Assembly: GCA_963823335.1 (NCBI GenBank)
Contig: CAWGLD010000001.1
Coordinates: 704,001-768,000, forward strand
Origin: an uncultured delta proteobacterium
Lineage (GTDB): Bacteria; Desulfobacterota; Desulfobacteria; Desulfobacterales; B30-G6
Direction: 5' to 3'
Length of the DNA: 64,000 nt
Shown here: positions 29,088-40,097 of the stretch, piece after piece
Position numbering within the stretch: position 1 is the stretch's first letter
Layout: every line of letters begins with the position of its first letter
Notes under the pieces: generated by a model
Database searches by the model: none
What the model was told of the DNA's origin: nothing
The model's input: only the letters and a program-made list of their open reading frames with translations
Translations under genes and position numbers: made by a program

Positions 29088-29873
29088 TCATTCTTTTTGT
29101 TTCTTTTCGACCTGTTGTTTCAACCATTCCAACCAGGGGGCCATGCCCTCCTCGGTCTTGGATGACATTTCAAATATAGGCATGTCAGGATGAATCTGCC
29201 GAATATTTTTTAGCGCCTCGGCCGTGTCGTAATCCAGGTACGGCAGAAGATCGATTTTGTTCAGAATCGCTGCATCACATTCCCGGAACATGAGAGGGTA
29301 TTTTAAAGGTTTGTCCTCTCCTTCTGTTACGCTGAGAATGACAACACGGGCGTCTTCACCGATGTCGAATTCGGCCGGACAGACAAGATTCCCAACATTT
29401 TCAACTATTAACAGTTGTACGCCATGTAGATCGATACCCCCGAGGGCCTTTTCAATGACGTGTGCGGCCAGATGGCAGTCACCACCGAATTCATCGGTGT
29501 TGACCTGCACCACCGGCGCACCGGATACGGCCAGCCGATCTGCATCGTTGGTGGTGCAGATGTCCCCGACGATCACGGCGCATCCAATTTCGGGCATGAT
29601 CCGGGCAAGCGTTTTTTCCAGGGTCGTGGTTTTTCCTGATCCGGGCGAACTCATCAGATTAAGAACAAAAATGCCATGATCGGCAAAAAGCCGCCGGTTC
29701 TGTGCTGCCATCTGGTCGTTCACATCCAGGACCCGCCGGACGACCTTGATTTCACGTGTGCCGGATTTGACTGTATGGACAGCTGTTTCATGGGTGTCGT
29801 GGGTATGGGGTTGGGCCCCTTTTTGAAATTCCTTGTGGTGGCTGGCCACCTGCATTTTTCTAAACTGATACAT
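29088..29873 (-). CDS. hypB: Hydrogenase nickel-incorporation GTPase HypB
   Basis: His-rich N-terminus, SSPGSGKTT, CHL, ENVGNLVCPAEF, EGEDKPLKYP and NKIDL. Confidence 0.95.
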   Translation of the reverse strand: MYQFRKMQVASHHKEFQKGAQPHTHDTHETAVHTVKSGTREIKVVRRVLDVNDQMAAQNRRLFADHGIFVLNLMSSPGSGKTTTLEKTLARIMPEIGCAVIVGDICTTNDADRLAVSGAPVVQVNTDEFGGDCHLAAHVIEKALGGIDLHGVQLLIVENVGNLVCPAEFDIGEDARVVILSVTEGEDKPLKYPLMFRECDAAILNKIDLLPYLDYDTAEALKNIRQIHPDMPIFEMSSKTEEGMAPWLEWLKQQVEKKQKE

Positions 29874-29975
29874 TCTGTCGGTCCCTTAATTGTAAAATAT
29901 ATTTAATGGTCTTTTTCGTGATTTCGATCTTTCGTGATTTCGTGGTAAAATTCTTTTTCCTTTATTGTCTCCGGG

Positions 29976-30332
29976 TCACGTTTCCTCGTCAGCGATTTCT
30001 ATGGATTCGATATTCAATTCCCGTCCGGAAATGATGTCGAGCTGCCCGCTGCTGCACTGCTGGCACTGAAACACCGGTTCCTCAATTGTCCACTCGGCAT
30101 TGCATTCCTTGCAACGCGCCCGCACTGGAATCTCTTCGATGTGAAGCACAGCACCCGATAACAAGCTGTCTTTTGCAGCGATTTCAAAACAAAACCGCAG
30201 ACTGTCCGAAACAATTGCCGCCATTTTCCCCACCTTGAGATTCACTTTCTCAACCTGGATGGGGGTCTCACTGCGGGGGATCGAGGCAGATGCAATTTCG
30301 ATGATCTGTAAGGCAATACCCATTTCGTGCAT
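29976..30332 (-). CDS. hypA: Hydrogenase maturation nickel metallochaperone HypA
   Basis: MHEMGIA N-terminus, two CxxC motifs and GRELNIESIE. Confidence 0.95.
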   Translation of the reverse strand: MHEMGIALQIIEIASASIPRSETPIQVEKVNLKVGKMAAIVSDSLRFCFEIAAKDSLLSGAVLHIEEIPVRARCKECNAEWTIEEPVFQCQQCSSGQLDIISGRELNIESIEIADEET

Positions 30333-30407
30333 CGGGTTGGTTTCCAATCTATAGTTTAATGTGTTGTAAGACTCGCCCAACCATCAACAGCAGGAATCAT
30401 TCGACCA

Positions 30408-30546
30408 AAGGGTACAAGGGTCCGAGGGTAATCAAGGGTTCAAGGGAAGGTCTCCCTATGGTCGATCTATTATGATATGTCACTCAGAAAATAGCTGTTA
30501 GCTCATAGCGTAACCTAAAACCTAAAACGTAACACCTAAAACCAGA
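30408..30546. repeat. Repeat arms between sucD and hypA
   Basis: Sense strand: GT-rich TTTAGGT 7-mers after the sucD stop, then C-rich CCCTTGAA 8-mers towards hypA. Confidence 0.65.
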
Positions 30547-30551
30547 TACTT

Positions 30552-31424
30552 CTAAACAAAGACTTCTTTACAGAGCTCTCCTAGACGACCCAGGTTTTCA
30601 CACACATGAATCCCGCCGGCTTTCATGGCGGCAACCTTGCCCTGAGCGGTACCGCTCTTTCCGCTGATGATGGCCCCGGCATGTCCCATTCGTCGGCCGG
30701 GAGGTGCCGTGAGACCGGCTATGAAGCCCACCACCGGTTTGGACATACGGGCTTGAATAAATGCGCTGGCCTCTTCCTCGGCCGTACCTCCGATCTCGCC
30801 CACCATGACGATTCCCTGGGTCGCGTCGTCCGCTTCGAAGGCCTCCAGGCAGTCGATAAAATTGGTCCCGTTGACAGGGTCTCCTCCGATGCCAAGACAG
30901 GTCGACTGTCCGATACCCTGACCGGTCAACTGATGCACCACTTCATACGTCAACGTGCCTGATCGGGATACAACGCCGATGGGACCACCGGGTTTATGAA
31001 TCGGGGCCGGCATGATACCGATCTTGCATTCTCCCGGGGTAATGATTCCGGGACAGTTCGGACCGATGAGACGGGATGCTTTGTCCCGAAGATAGTTCTT
31101 GACCTTCATCATGTCCAGAACCGGAATCCCTTCCGTGATGGCAACGATGATCCGTATCTGTGCGTCGGCCGCCTCCATGATGGCGTCTGCTGCAAAAGGC
31201 GGCGGCACAAAAATCATGCTGCAGTCGGCACCGGTCTCCTTGACAGCGGTGGCCACCGTGTTGAACACAGGCACCGCATCCATCTTCTGCCCACCTTTTC
31301 CGGGCGTGACACCGGCCACCACCTGAGTACCGTAAGCCACACATTGCCGGGTGTGAAACTGCCCTTCTTTACCCGTGATACCTTGAACCAGAACGCGTGT
31401 ATTTTTATCGACGAATATACTCAC
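30552..31424 (-). CDS. sucD: Succinate--CoA ligase alpha subunit
   Basis: [28 protein letters not shown] and RRMGHAGA. Confidence 0.98.
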   Translation of the reverse strand: MSIFVDKNTRVLVQGITGKEGQFHTRQCVAYGTQVVAGVTPGKGGQKMDAVPVFNTVATAVKETGADCSMIFVPPPFAADAIMEAADAQIRIIVAITEGIPVLDMMKVKNYLRDKASRLIGPNCPGIITPGECKIGIMPAPIHKPGGPIGVVSRSGTLTYEVVHQLTGQGIGQSTCLGIGGDPVNGTNFIDCLEAFEADDATQGIVMVGEIGGTAEEEASAFIQARMSKPVVGFIAGLTAPPGRRMGHAGAIISGKSGTAQGKVAAMKAGGIHVCENLGRLGELCKEVFV

Positions 31425-31497
31425 GATGCCTTCCTTACTATGTTATATCGATTGTTAGAAATTCGAAATCCAAATATCGAAATCCAAAACAAATAGA

Positions 31498-32658
31498 TTA
31501 AGCCACCAGTTCCGCCACCTTTTGAGCGGCATCCTTCAAATCAACAGCGGTAATGAGATTCAAGCCCGACTCAGCCAGAATCCTGCGGCCTTCCGTGACA
31601 TTCGTGCCTTCCATGCGAACGACCACCGGTACGTTGATACCGGTCGTTTTAGCGGCCTGAACAACCCCTTCCGCAAGAACGTCACAGCGCAGGATACCAC
31701 CAAAAATATTGATCAGGATCCCCTTGACGTTCTTGTCGCTTAAAATAATCCGGAATCCGTTTTCCACCATTTCCGCACTGGCGCCGCCCCCCACATCCAG
31801 AAAATTGGCCGGCTCGGCACCGGCAAGCTTGATGATATCCATGGTTGCCATGGCCAGACCTGCGCCGTTCACCATGTTACCCACATTACCGTCCAGGTTG
31901 ATGTAGTTGAGGTTGTATTTGGAGGCTTCCACCTCGAGGGGGTCTTCCTCGTTCAGATCCCGAAGTTCCAATATCTGCTTGTGTCGGAAGAGGGCGTTGT
32001 CATCGATGTTGACCTTGGCATCCAGGGCCACCAGGCGTTCGTCCCGGGTAATGACCAGTGGATTGATTTCCACCAGGGAGCAGTCGTAGGCAATGAACAG
32101 CTTGTAGAGGTTGCTCACCAATTGCTGAAAGGGCTTGATGACCGATGCAGGCAGGTTCAGGCCAAAAGCCGCTTCCCGGCAGTGATAGGGATGAATACCC
32201 ACCAGGGGATCGATACTGACCTTGATGATTTTCTCCGGGGTCTCCTCCGCAACCTTCTCGATATCCATTCCCCCGGCCTCACTGGCCATGATCACGATTT
32301 TTGCAGTGGCCCGATCCGGAACCATACCCAGGTAGAGTTCTTTTTCAATGTCGAGGCCCTGTTCCACCAGTACGTTTTGAACCCGTTGCCCCCCGGGACC
32401 TGTCTGGTGGGTCACCAGGTTCATGCCGATCATATCGCCCGCCAGAGATGCAACCGCTTCTTTGGAAGGCGCCAGCTTGACGCCGCCACCCTTACCCCTT
32501 CCGCCGGCATGAATCTGGGCCTTGACGACCACCGGATATGCTCCCAGGGTCTCCGCCACCTGGACAGCATCTGCCGCATCTGCCGCAATACCGCCTTCCG
32601 GAACCGGAATACCCGCCTGACTGAAAAGTGCTTTTGCCTGATATTCATGAATTTTCAT
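31498..32658 (-). CDS. sucC: Succinate--CoA ligase beta subunit
   Basis: MKIHEYQAK, KAQIHAGGRGKGGG, NGAGLAMATMD and NIFGGI. Confidence 0.98.
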   Translation of the reverse strand: MKIHEYQAKALFSQAGIPVPEGGIAADAADAVQVAETLGAYPVVVKAQIHAGGRGKGGGVKLAPSKEAVASLAGDMIGMNLVTHQTGPGGQRVQNVLVEQGLDIEKELYLGMVPDRATAKIVIMASEAGGMDIEKVAEETPEKIIKVSIDPLVGIHPYHCREAAFGLNLPASVIKPFQQLVSNLYKLFIAYDCSLVEINPLVITRDERLVALDAKVNIDDNALFRHKQILELRDLNEEDPLEVEASKYNLNYINLDGNVGNMVNGAGLAMATMDIIKLAGAEPANFLDVGGGASAEMVENGFRIILSDKNVKGILINIFGGILRCDVLAEGVVQAAKTTGINVPVVVRMEGTNVTEGRRILAESGLNLITAVDLKDAAQKVAELVA

Positions 32659-32663
32659 GGTGC

Positions 32664-34676
32664 TTATCCAATCACCAGCAGAACATCGTTTTTGGCTACC
32701 GAATCACCGCTGGCATAATTAATGGCCTTGATGGCGCCGCTCACAGGTGCCGGAAGTGCATTTTCCATCTTCATCGCCTCAAGAACCACCACTGTTTCAC
32801 CCTCATTGACGCTGTCACCGACCTTCTTCAGATAGTTCACGATCATGCCGGGCATCGGCGATTTCAGCGCTGTACCCTCTACTGCCACGGGTGCCGGCTC
32901 AGGAGCCTTTTCCACTGCCGCTGCCGGCGCTGCCGGTTTGGGTGCGGCCGGTTTTGCCGCACCCGGCGCCATGGACTGCATATACGCGCCTGGCATCTGC
33001 GCCGGCATCTGCTGGATATAATTGATAACCGGAGATTCGCCTAACGCGTCAACACCCACCTCAAAATACTCGTCATCCACGAAAACATTGAATTTCCGCA
33101 GGTCATCGCTTTTTTCAGGTGCCGGTTTGGATGGTTTCTCGAATAGCAGGCCCTGCTTGGCTTTTTTAACCAGTTCTTCTTCGGCCTTGGCCTGCGCGAG
33201 GGTCCTGGGTTTGACATCCTCGGGCGGCTCTTCCTTGCCATATTTCCATTTCAGGAATTTTTTCCCGGTCACCGGATAGAGCGCATAAATGATCTCATCA
33301 TCAAGATCAACGGCCAGACCTTTGACATCTTCTTTTGCCTGGGGAAGTTCCGGTGGCAGCACCTCGGCCGGCCGGCAGGTAATGGGTGATTCGCCCCTTG
33401 AATACCCTTTCAACGCCTTTTTCTGGACTTCGGCATTGATGGGCACGGCTGTTTTTCCATAGAGCCCGTAGCAGAGGTCTTTGACCTGGTCGGTAATCAT
33501 TTTGTATCGTTCGTTTTTATCATCGAATAGAACATTGTTCACCGTCTGGATACCGACAATCTGGCTGGTGGGAGTCACGAGGGGTATCTGCCCCAGGTCT
33601 TTGCGGACGCGTGGCAGTTCCTTGTACACCTCATCGATTCGATCCAGGGCATCCATCTGTCGCAACTGATTGACCAGATTGGACAGCATCCCGCCCGGAG
33701 TCTGGTGCAGCAGGACATTGATGTCGGTGATCGCCACCTTGGAATCGTCCAGGAGGTGCTTGTATTTGGGCAGAATCTCTTTTTCCAGGATTTCGTTTAT
33801 ACCGGCCAGCTGTTTGATGTCAAATCCCGTGTCCCGGCTCGTACCTATCAGGGTCATGACCAGTGGCTCGATGGCGGCATGCGATGTGCGGTAGGCGTAT
33901 GGGGCCATACAGGTGTCGATGATGTCTACACCGGCTTCGATGGCCTTCAAGTGACTCATGGAGGACATGCCGGATGTAAAATGGCTGTGCAGATGAATGG
34001 GGGGCTTGACCGATGCTTTGAGAGCCTTGACGATCTCATAGGCGTCATAGGGGGCGATCAGGCCGGCCATGTCTTTGATACAGATGCTGTCGGCTCCCAT
34101 TGCCTCCAGGTCTTTGGCCTTTTGAACATAGTAGTCGAGGTTGTATACGTCACCACCCATACGGGGCTCCGTCATGGTGTAGCAGATACACCCTTGAAAA
34201 TGCTTACCGCATTCCTTTATTACGGGAACGACGGTTTCAAAATTGCGGTAATCGTTCAGGGCATCGAAGGTCCTGAAGATATCCATACCGTTTGCAGCGC
34301 TCCTCTCCACAAAAGCCCGGGCCAGATCATCCGCATAATTCCGGTATCCCACCAGATTCTGAGCACGCAGCAGCATGGAAAACGGTGTTTTCTTCATGTA
34401 GCGTTTCAGGGTGCGGATTCTTTCCCAGGGGTCCTCATTCAAAAACCGATGCATGGTGTCAAAGGTTGCCCCGCCCCAGGTTTCAACAGCCCAGAATCCT
34501 ACTTCGTCCATCATCTCGGCCACCGGGATCATGTCTTCGGTCCTTCCGCGGGTGGCAAAAAGGGATTGATGACCGTCGCGTAGCGTCAGGTCCTCTATCT
34601 TGACAGGATTTTCTGCCGCCGGCCTGTCTTTGTTGTAATCCATCGTTGTCATCTTGACTTGATTGTGATCGGTCAT
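32664..34676 (-). CDS. Pyruvate/oxaloacetate carboxyltransferase (5S-like) fused to a biotin carrier domain
   Basis: LRDGHQSL.ATR, WGGATFD, CIKDMAG, HLHSH, PGGMLSNL, PLVTPTSQIVG, Pro/Ala linker and EAMKMEN. Confidence 0.93.
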   Translation of the reverse strand: MTDHNQVKMTTMDYNKDRPAAENPVKIEDLTLRDGHQSLFATRGRTEDMIPVAEMMDEVGFWAVETWGGATFDTMHRFLNEDPWERIRTLKRYMKKTPFSMLLRAQNLVGYRNYADDLARAFVERSAANGMDIFRTFDALNDYRNFETVVPVIKECGKHFQGCICYTMTEPRMGGDVYNLDYYVQKAKDLEAMGADSICIKDMAGLIAPYDAYEIVKALKASVKPPIHLHSHFTSGMSSMSHLKAIEAGVDIIDTCMAPYAYRTSHAAIEPLVMTLIGTSRDTGFDIKQLAGINEILEKEILPKYKHLLDDSKVAITDINVLLHQTPGGMLSNLVNQLRQMDALDRIDEVYKELPRVRKDLGQIPLVTPTSQIVGIQTVNNVLFDDKNERYKMITDQVKDLCYGLYGKTAVPINAEVQKKALKGYSRGESPITCRPAEVLPPELPQAKEDVKGLAVDLDDEIIYALYPVTGKKFLKWKYGKEEPPEDVKPRTLAQAKAEEELVKKAKQGLLFEKPSKPAPEKSDDLRKFNVFVDDEYFEVGVDALGESPVINYIQQMPAQMPGAYMQSMAPGAAKPAAPKPAAPAAAVEKAPEPAPVAVEGTALKSPMPGMIVNYLKKVGDSVNEGETVVVLEAMKMENALPAPVSGAIKAINYASGDSVAKNDVLLVIG

Positions 34677-34697
34677 TTTACACGTTCTCCTCTCAAG

Positions 34698-34740
34698 AGA
34701 AAATCACCTGAAGTGATTTTATGTGATGCGGCTCGGCCGC
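34698..34740 (-). repeat. Double-hairpin motif, copy 3
   Basis: Sense strand GCGGC-CGA-GCCGC ATCAC ATAAAATCAC-TTCAG-GTGATTTTCT, then CTTGAGAGGAG. Confidence 0.75.
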
Positions 34741-34747
34741 TTTTGTA

Positions 34748-34975
34748 TTATCGAATCTTGACACCATGAAACGCTTTGAGCTGCATCATGCTACGCAGTT
34801 GCATCTGTGTCTGGCGCCCGCTCAATCCCCACATACTCACCTGTGGATACGCCGCAGCCTGAGGCCCCCGGGCACCTGCCTGGGCCTGCATGACCATGGC
34901 GCCGGCAATCTCTTCTTCCTCTTTGATATAGGCAAGCACAGCCGATGCCGCCGCGATTTTCTTTTTATTCTTCAT
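34748..34975 (-). CDS. Small carboxyltransferase-associated subunit (epsilon-like)
   Basis: IAAASAVLAYI...SMWGLSGR; lies between two carboxyltransferase genes. Confidence 0.75.
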   Translation of the reverse strand: MKNKKKIAAASAVLAYIKEEEEIAGAMVMQAQAGARGPQAAAYPQVSMWGLSGRQTQMQLRSMMQLKAFHGVKIR

Positions 34976-34994
34976 TGTTCCTCATCTTTCTTGA

Positions 34995-35040
34995 GCGGCA
35001 ACGCCGCGACACATAAATTTGTCCGCTAGGTCAAACTTAT
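34995..35040 (+). repeat. Double-hairpin motif, copy 4 (inverted relative to the operon)
   Basis: GCGGC-AAC-GCCGC GACAC ATAAATTTGTCC-GCTA-GGTCAAACTTAT. Confidence 0.65.
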
Positions 35041-36590
35041 ACGGGTATGTTCCCGTGTTTCTTGGGCGGTCTGAGTTCTCGCTTGTTGCACATGATTTCG
35101 AGTGCTTCGATCAAGCGGGGTCTTGTTTCACTGGGAACGATAACTGCATCGATAAAGCCCCTGTTGGCGGCGCGATATGGATTTGAAAAAAGCGCTTCAT
35201 AGGCCGCGATCTTCTCTTCACGCTTTGCTTTTGGATTGTCAGATTGCTGGATCTCCTTGCGATGAATGATATTGGCCGCACCGGCAGCCCCCATCACCGC
35301 AATTTCCGCCGTCGGCCAGGCAAAGGCCATGTCGGCACCTAAATCTTTGGAACACATGGCCAGGTATGACCCGCCGTAATCTTTGCGTGTCACCAGCAGC
35401 AGTTTGGGCACCGTCGCCTCTGAGTAACACCAGAGAAGCTTGGCACCGTGACGGATAATCCCTCCCCACTCCTGATGACTGCCGGGCAGGTAGCCCGGTA
35501 CATCGGCGATGGTCAGCATGGGGATATTGAAAGCATCACAGAACCGAATAAACCGCGTGGCCTTGTCCGAAGCATTGATGTCCAGGCAACCTGCCAGTTC
35601 GCGTGGCTGATTGGCGATGATCCCGATGCTTCTGTTGTTGAGCCGGGCAAAACCCACGATAATATTCTTTGCAAAATACTGGTGGGGTTCAAAAAACTCG
35701 CCCTTGTCGACGATGGAGCGGATAACCGCTTTCATGTCGTAGGACTTGCTGGGGCTGTCCGGAATAATGGTATCAAGCTCCCGGTCTTTCCGGGAAGGAT
35801 CGTCACCCATATTTACCTGAGGCGCATCCTCCATGTTGTTGGAAGGCAGATAAGACAGAAGTTTCTTGATTTCACCAATGGCATCTTCATCGCTGTCACA
35901 GGCAAACTGGGCCACGCCACTTTTTGCGTTATGGGTCATGGCACCACCCAGATCCTCGAAGGTGATTTCTTCTCCGGTCACCGACTTGATCACTTCCGGA
36001 CCGGTGATGAACATATACCCGCTGTTTTTGACCATGAAAATCCAATCCGTCATGGCAGGAGAATAGACGGCTCCGCCGGCGGTGGGCCCCATAATGGCTG
36101 AAATCTGGGGGATGACACCGGAGGCCAGGGAGTTTCGGTAAAAGATCTGGCCGTAGCCGGAAAGGGCATCCACACCCTCCTGAATCCTGGCACCGCCAGA
36201 GTCATTGAGCCCCACAAAGGGTACACCGGCTTTGAGCGCCAGGTCCATGACCTTGCAGATTTTTTTGGCGTGCATCTCTCCGAGGCTGCCGGCCCGGGCA
36301 GTAAAGTCCTGTGAAAACGCAAAAACAGGGCGCCCATCCACCAGGCCATGTCCTGTGATAACACCGTCGGAAGGTATCTCCACCTCCGGCATACCGAAAT
36401 TGACACATCGATGGGTGACGAACATGTCGATTTCACGGAATGTTCCCGGGTCAAACAACAGGTCAAGCCGTTTCCTTGCCGTCAACTTGCCCTTTTCCTG
36501 TTGCTTGGCCACAGCTTTCTGGCCGCCCATTTCCAGGATCCTTGTTTCCCGCGCCTTGAGATCCTTTATTTTATCTTCAACGGTACCCAT
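35037..36590 (-). CDS. Acyl-CoA carboxyltransferase beta subunit (methylmalonyl-CoA 12S / PccB-like)
   Basis: DSGGARIQEG, AGGAVYSPA, FIRFCDAFNIP, HGAKLL and KKHGNIPV. Confidence 0.95.
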   Translation of the reverse strand: MGTVEDKIKDLKARETRILEMGGQKAVAKQQEKGKLTARKRLDLLFDPGTFREIDMFVTHRCVNFGMPEVEIPSDGVITGHGLVDGRPVFAFSQDFTARAGSLGEMHAKKICKVMDLALKAGVPFVGLNDSGGARIQEGVDALSGYGQIFYRNSLASGVIPQISAIMGPTAGGAVYSPAMTDWIFMVKNSGYMFITGPEVIKSVTGEEITFEDLGGAMTHNAKSGVAQFACDSDEDAIGEIKKLLSYLPSNNMEDAPQVNMGDDPSRKDRELDTIIPDSPSKSYDMKAVIRSIVDKGEFFEPHQYFAKNIIVGFARLNNRSIGIIANQPRELAGCLDINASDKATRFIRFCDAFNIPMLTIADVPGYLPGSHQEWGGIIRHGAKLLWCYSEATVPKLLLVTRKDYGGSYLAMCSKDLGADMAFAWPTAEIAVMGAAGAANIIHRKEIQQSDNPKAKREEKIAAYEALFSNPYRAANRGFIDAVIVPSETRPRLIEALEIMCNKRELRPPKKHGNIPV

Positions 36591-36608
36591 ATCTTGTTCC
36601 TTTCCTTA

Positions 36609-36649
36609 ATAAATTCGTTGCACGAATTTATATGTCGCGACCTTGTCGC
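36609..36649 (-). repeat. Double-hairpin motif, copy 5
   Basis: Sense strand GCGAC-AAG-GTCGC GACAT ATAAATTCGT-GCA-ACGAATTTAT, then TAAGGAAAGGA. Confidence 0.8.
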
Positions 36650-36785
36650 TTTAATAATAGAATTTTTAAGCCCTTGAGGCGAGTTCGCAAAGCGCCAGGG
36701 GATTATTCATTTCGCGTTTGCTGATCCCAGAAAGTTGCGTAATTAAGCTCAAATACTAAATACTCTCCTGGAAAAAGTTATCATT

Positions 36786-37805
36786 CTAAACCGTTTCTTT
36801 ATTGTCAAGCGAAAAAAGCAGTTCATCCGCCGCCGCCTTGGGGGCCATTTCGCCGGCCGCCACATGACGGGTAATTTCCCCAAGACGTGATGCGATTTCA
36901 GGATGTTTATAAAATCGCGACTTGAGACCTTCTTCCACCAGGGACCACATCCAGTCCACATCCTGCCTGCGCCGTTTACGATCCAGCTCACCGCTGTTGA
37001 CAACTATTTCCCGGTGCTCCAGAACAGCGGACCAGATTGCCTTTATACCTTCATCCTCCGGGTTCAGTGAACTGCAGGTCAATGCTCTGGGTGTCCAGGC
37101 AGGTGAGGCCGGCATCAGATAATGTAAGGCGGCTTCAATCTGTTTCCTGGCCATGTTCGCTTTTTCGACATTGTCACCGTCTGCTTTGTTGATGGCAATG
37201 GCATCGGCAACTTCCAGGACGCCTTTCTTGATACCCTGAAGTTCGTCCCCGGCACCGGCTATCATCAGCAGGAGAAAAAAATCGACCATAGATGCAACGG
37301 TGGTTTCAGACTGGCCCACACCCACGGTTTCGACGATCATGACATCGTAGCCGGCAGCCTCGCAAACCAGCATGGTCTCTCTGGTTTTTCTGGCCACGCC
37401 TCCTAGGGTACCCCCTGAAGGGGAAGGACGGATAAAAGCATTTTCGGTCGTGGACAATTTTTCCATACGTGTCTTGTCTGCCAGGACACTGCCACCGCTG
37501 CGCTGACTGCTTGGATCGACAGCCAGGACCGCCACCAGATGCCCCTGGTTGACCAGACAGGTCCCCAGGGTTTCGATAAACGTGCTCTTTCCGGCACCCG
37601 GGACACCGCTGATACCAAGCCGGACGGCATTTCCTGTATATGGCAGCAAGGCATTGACCACCGCCCGGGCAAGCTGCTGATGTTCATAACGGGCACTTTC
37701 GATAAGCGTAATGGTTTTGGCCAGAATCCGCTTGTCCCTCTGTCGCACGCCCCGGGTGTAATAGGATGGGTCCTTGAGACCGCTATTATCATTGCTTTTT
37801 AGCAT
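36786..37805 (-). CDS. meaB: Methylmalonyl-CoA mutase-associated GTPase MeaB
   Basis: GVPGAGKST, AVDPSS, DKTRM, ETVGVGQSE, GDELQGIKKG and NKAD. Confidence 0.95.
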   Translation of the reverse strand: MLKSNDNSGLKDPSYYTRGVRQRDKRILAKTITLIESARYEHQQLARAVVNALLPYTGNAVRLGISGVPGAGKSTFIETLGTCLVNQGHLVAVLAVDPSSQRSGGSVLADKTRMEKLSTTENAFIRPSPSGGTLGGVARKTRETMLVCEAAGYDVMIVETVGVGQSETTVASMVDFFLLLMIAGAGDELQGIKKGVLEVADAIAINKADGDNVEKANMARKQIEAALHYLMPASPAWTPRALTCSSLNPEDEGIKAIWSAVLEHREIVVNSGELDRKRRRQDVDWMWSLVEEGLKSRFYKHPEIASRLGEITRHVAAGEMAPKAAADELLFSLDNKETV

Positions 37806-37840
37806 ACTGCCGTGCTTTATCTTTCTATAAAATAACATCC

Positions 37841-37919
37841 ATCACGAAAACACGAAACCTTGAAAACACGAAAAATTTATAGTCTTTTTCGTGTTTTCGT
37901 CCTTTCGTGTTTTCGTGAT
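37841..37919. repeat. ATCACGAAAACACGAAA...TTTCGTGTTTTCGTGAT hairpin repeat (family A)
   Basis: Perfect 17-bp outer inverted repeat plus a second inner pair. Confidence 0.85.
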
Positions 37920-37956
37920 AAAAAAATTTACTTTTTCCCTATGAATTCGGGTGATG

Positions 37957-40080
37957 TCATTTTTCAAGTACATTCAATATCTTGTTGGCCGACTCCGTTA
38001 CCACCGTTCCAGGGCCGAAAATCCCTACGGCACCGGCATCATAGAGGAAATCGTAATCACCCGGGGGTATCACACCCCCCACCACCACGCGGATGTCCTG
38101 GCCCCCTTTTTTCTTGAGCTCTGATATGAGCTGGGGCACCAGGGTCTTGTGCCCGGCCGCCAGACTGGAAACACCCACCACATGGACATCGTTTTCCACG
38201 GCCATCTTTGCCGCCTCTTGGGGTGTTTGAAACATGGGACTGATGTCCACGTCGAACCCCAGGTCGGCAAAGGCCGTGGCGATGACCTTGATACCCCTGT
38301 CATGACCATCCTGTCCCATTTTTGTCACCAGAATTCTGGGACGTCGGCCTTCCCGTTCCATGAAATCATCGGTCCGTTTCCTGACGGATGCAAAGATTTC
38401 ACTGTCACCGTACTCCGATGCATAGACCCCGGAGATACACTGGGTGGTTGCAACAAACCGGCCGAAAACAGATTCCATGGCATCGGATATTTCACCCACC
38501 GTTGCACGCGCCCGAACAGCGGAAATACAGGCTTCCAGAAGATTCCCATCTGCTTCGGCCGCACCCTTGATATGGGCAAGCGCCTGCTGGACGGCTTTGT
38601 TGTCTCTGGCGTTCTTGATCTGTTTCAGTCTTTGAATCTGCTCGTCACGAACCGACTCCGAAACCGCCAGAACTTCGTCAAGGGGCTCTTCCTCGATCCG
38701 ATGTTTGTTTACCCCCACGATAACATCCAGACCCTGATCGATGCGCGCCTGCTTGCGCGCGGCGGATTCTTCGATACGCATTTTCGGCATACCGGTCTCG
38801 ATGGCTTTGGCCATCCCTCCCAGCGCCTCCACCTCCTGGATGATTTTGCGCGCCTCTTCGATGATACCACCCGTGAGGGCTTCGATATAATAGGAACCGC
38901 CAAGGGGGTCCACCACATGACAGACCTGGGATTCTTCCTGGATGATAATCTGGGTGTTTCTTGATATTCTGGCCGAAAAATCGGTGGGTAAGCCAACCGC
39001 CTCATCAAATGAGTTGGTATGCAGGGACTGGGTGCCACCCAGCACTGCGGCCAGGGCTTCCAGTGTGGTCCGGATAATATTGTTGTAAGGGTCCTGTTCG
39101 GTCAGACTCCATCCGGATGTCTGCACGTGGGTGCGCAGCATGGATGATTTCGGGTTTTTGGGATTGAAGGTGCTGATAAGTTCGTGCCACAGAAACCGGG
39201 CCGCCCGCAGCATGGCGATCTCCATAAAAAAGTTCATACCCACCCCAAAGAAAAAGGAGAGCCGCGGTGCAAAGGTATCGATATCGAGACCGGCAGCCAG
39301 GGCGGCTTTGACATATTCCAGGCCGTCCGCCAGGGTAAAAGCCGTCTGGAGAACCGAATTGGCACCGGCTTCCATCATGTGGTAACCGCTGATACTGACC
39401 GTGTTGTACTTGGGCATGTGCTGGGAGCAATAGCCGATGATATCGGATACGATCCGCATGGAGGGCTTGGGCGGATAGATGTAGGTGTTGCGGGTCAGGT
39501 ATTCCTTTAAAATATCATTCTGGATCGTACCGGCCAGCTGTTCCTGCTTTATGCCCTGTTCTTCCGCCGCAACGATGTATCCCGCCAGGATGGGCAGGAC
39601 AGCACCGTTCATGGTCATGGACACCGTCATCTGATCCAGGGGTATCTGGTCGAAGAGGACCTTCATATCCTCGACCGAATCGATGGCCACGCCGGCCTTC
39701 CCCACATCACCCACAACCCTCGGGTGATCGGAATCGTAGCCCCGGTGGGTTGCCAGGTCAAAGGCAACGGAAAGTCCTTTTTGACCGGCAGCGATGTTCC
39801 GCCGGTAAAACGCATTGGAGTCCTTGGCCGTCGAAAACCCCGCGTATTGTCGTATGGTCCATGGCCGCCCCGCATACATGGTTGCCATGGGGCCCCGGAC
39901 ATAGGGTGCAAACCCGGGCAGGTTGTTGACATGCGCCAGGTCTTCCAGGTCCTCGGCCGTATACAGGGGCTTGACCCGAATGCCCTCCGGCGTATCCCAG
40001 TTGAGATCGTCGACTGATTTGCCCCTCAGCTGCTTGGCTGCCAGTTCTTCCCATTGTTTCATATTCGGTTTTTCCGACAT
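37957..40080 (-). CDS. scpA: Methylmalonyl-CoA mutase (B12-dependent)
   Basis: [39 protein letters not shown] and [11 protein letters not shown]12-binding motif. Confidence 0.98.
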   Translation of the reverse strand: MSEKPNMKQWEELAAKQLRGKSVDDLNWDTPEGIRVKPLYTAEDLEDLAHVNNLPGFAPYVRGPMATMYAGRPWTIRQYAGFSTAKDSNAFYRRNIAAGQKGLSVAFDLATHRGYDSDHPRVVGDVGKAGVAIDSVEDMKVLFDQIPLDQMTVSMTMNGAVLPILAGYIVAAEEQGIKQEQLAGTIQNDILKEYLTRNTYIYPPKPSMRIVSDIIGYCSQHMPKYNTVSISGYHMMEAGANSVLQTAFTLADGLEYVKAALAAGLDIDTFAPRLSFFFGVGMNFFMEIAMLRAARFLWHELISTFNPKNPKSSMLRTHVQTSGWSLTEQDPYNNIIRTTLEALAAVLGGTQSLHTNSFDEAVGLPTDFSARISRNTQIIIQEESQVCHVVDPLGGSYYIEALTGGIIEEARKIIQEVEALGGMAKAIETGMPKMRIEESAARKQARIDQGLDVIVGVNKHRIEEEPLDEVLAVSESVRDEQIQRLKQIKNARDNKAVQQALAHIKGAAEADGNLLEACISAVRARATVGEISDAMESVFGRFVATTQCISGVYASEYGDSEIFASVRKRTDDFMEREGRRPRILVTKMGQDGHDRGIKVIATAFADLGFDVDISPMFQTPQEAAKMAVENDVHVVGVSSLAAGHKTLVPQLISELKKKGGQDIRVVVGGVIPPGDYDFLYDAGAVGIFGPGTVVTESANKILNVLEK

Positions 40081-40097
40081 TCTGTCTCCCTCCAGTA

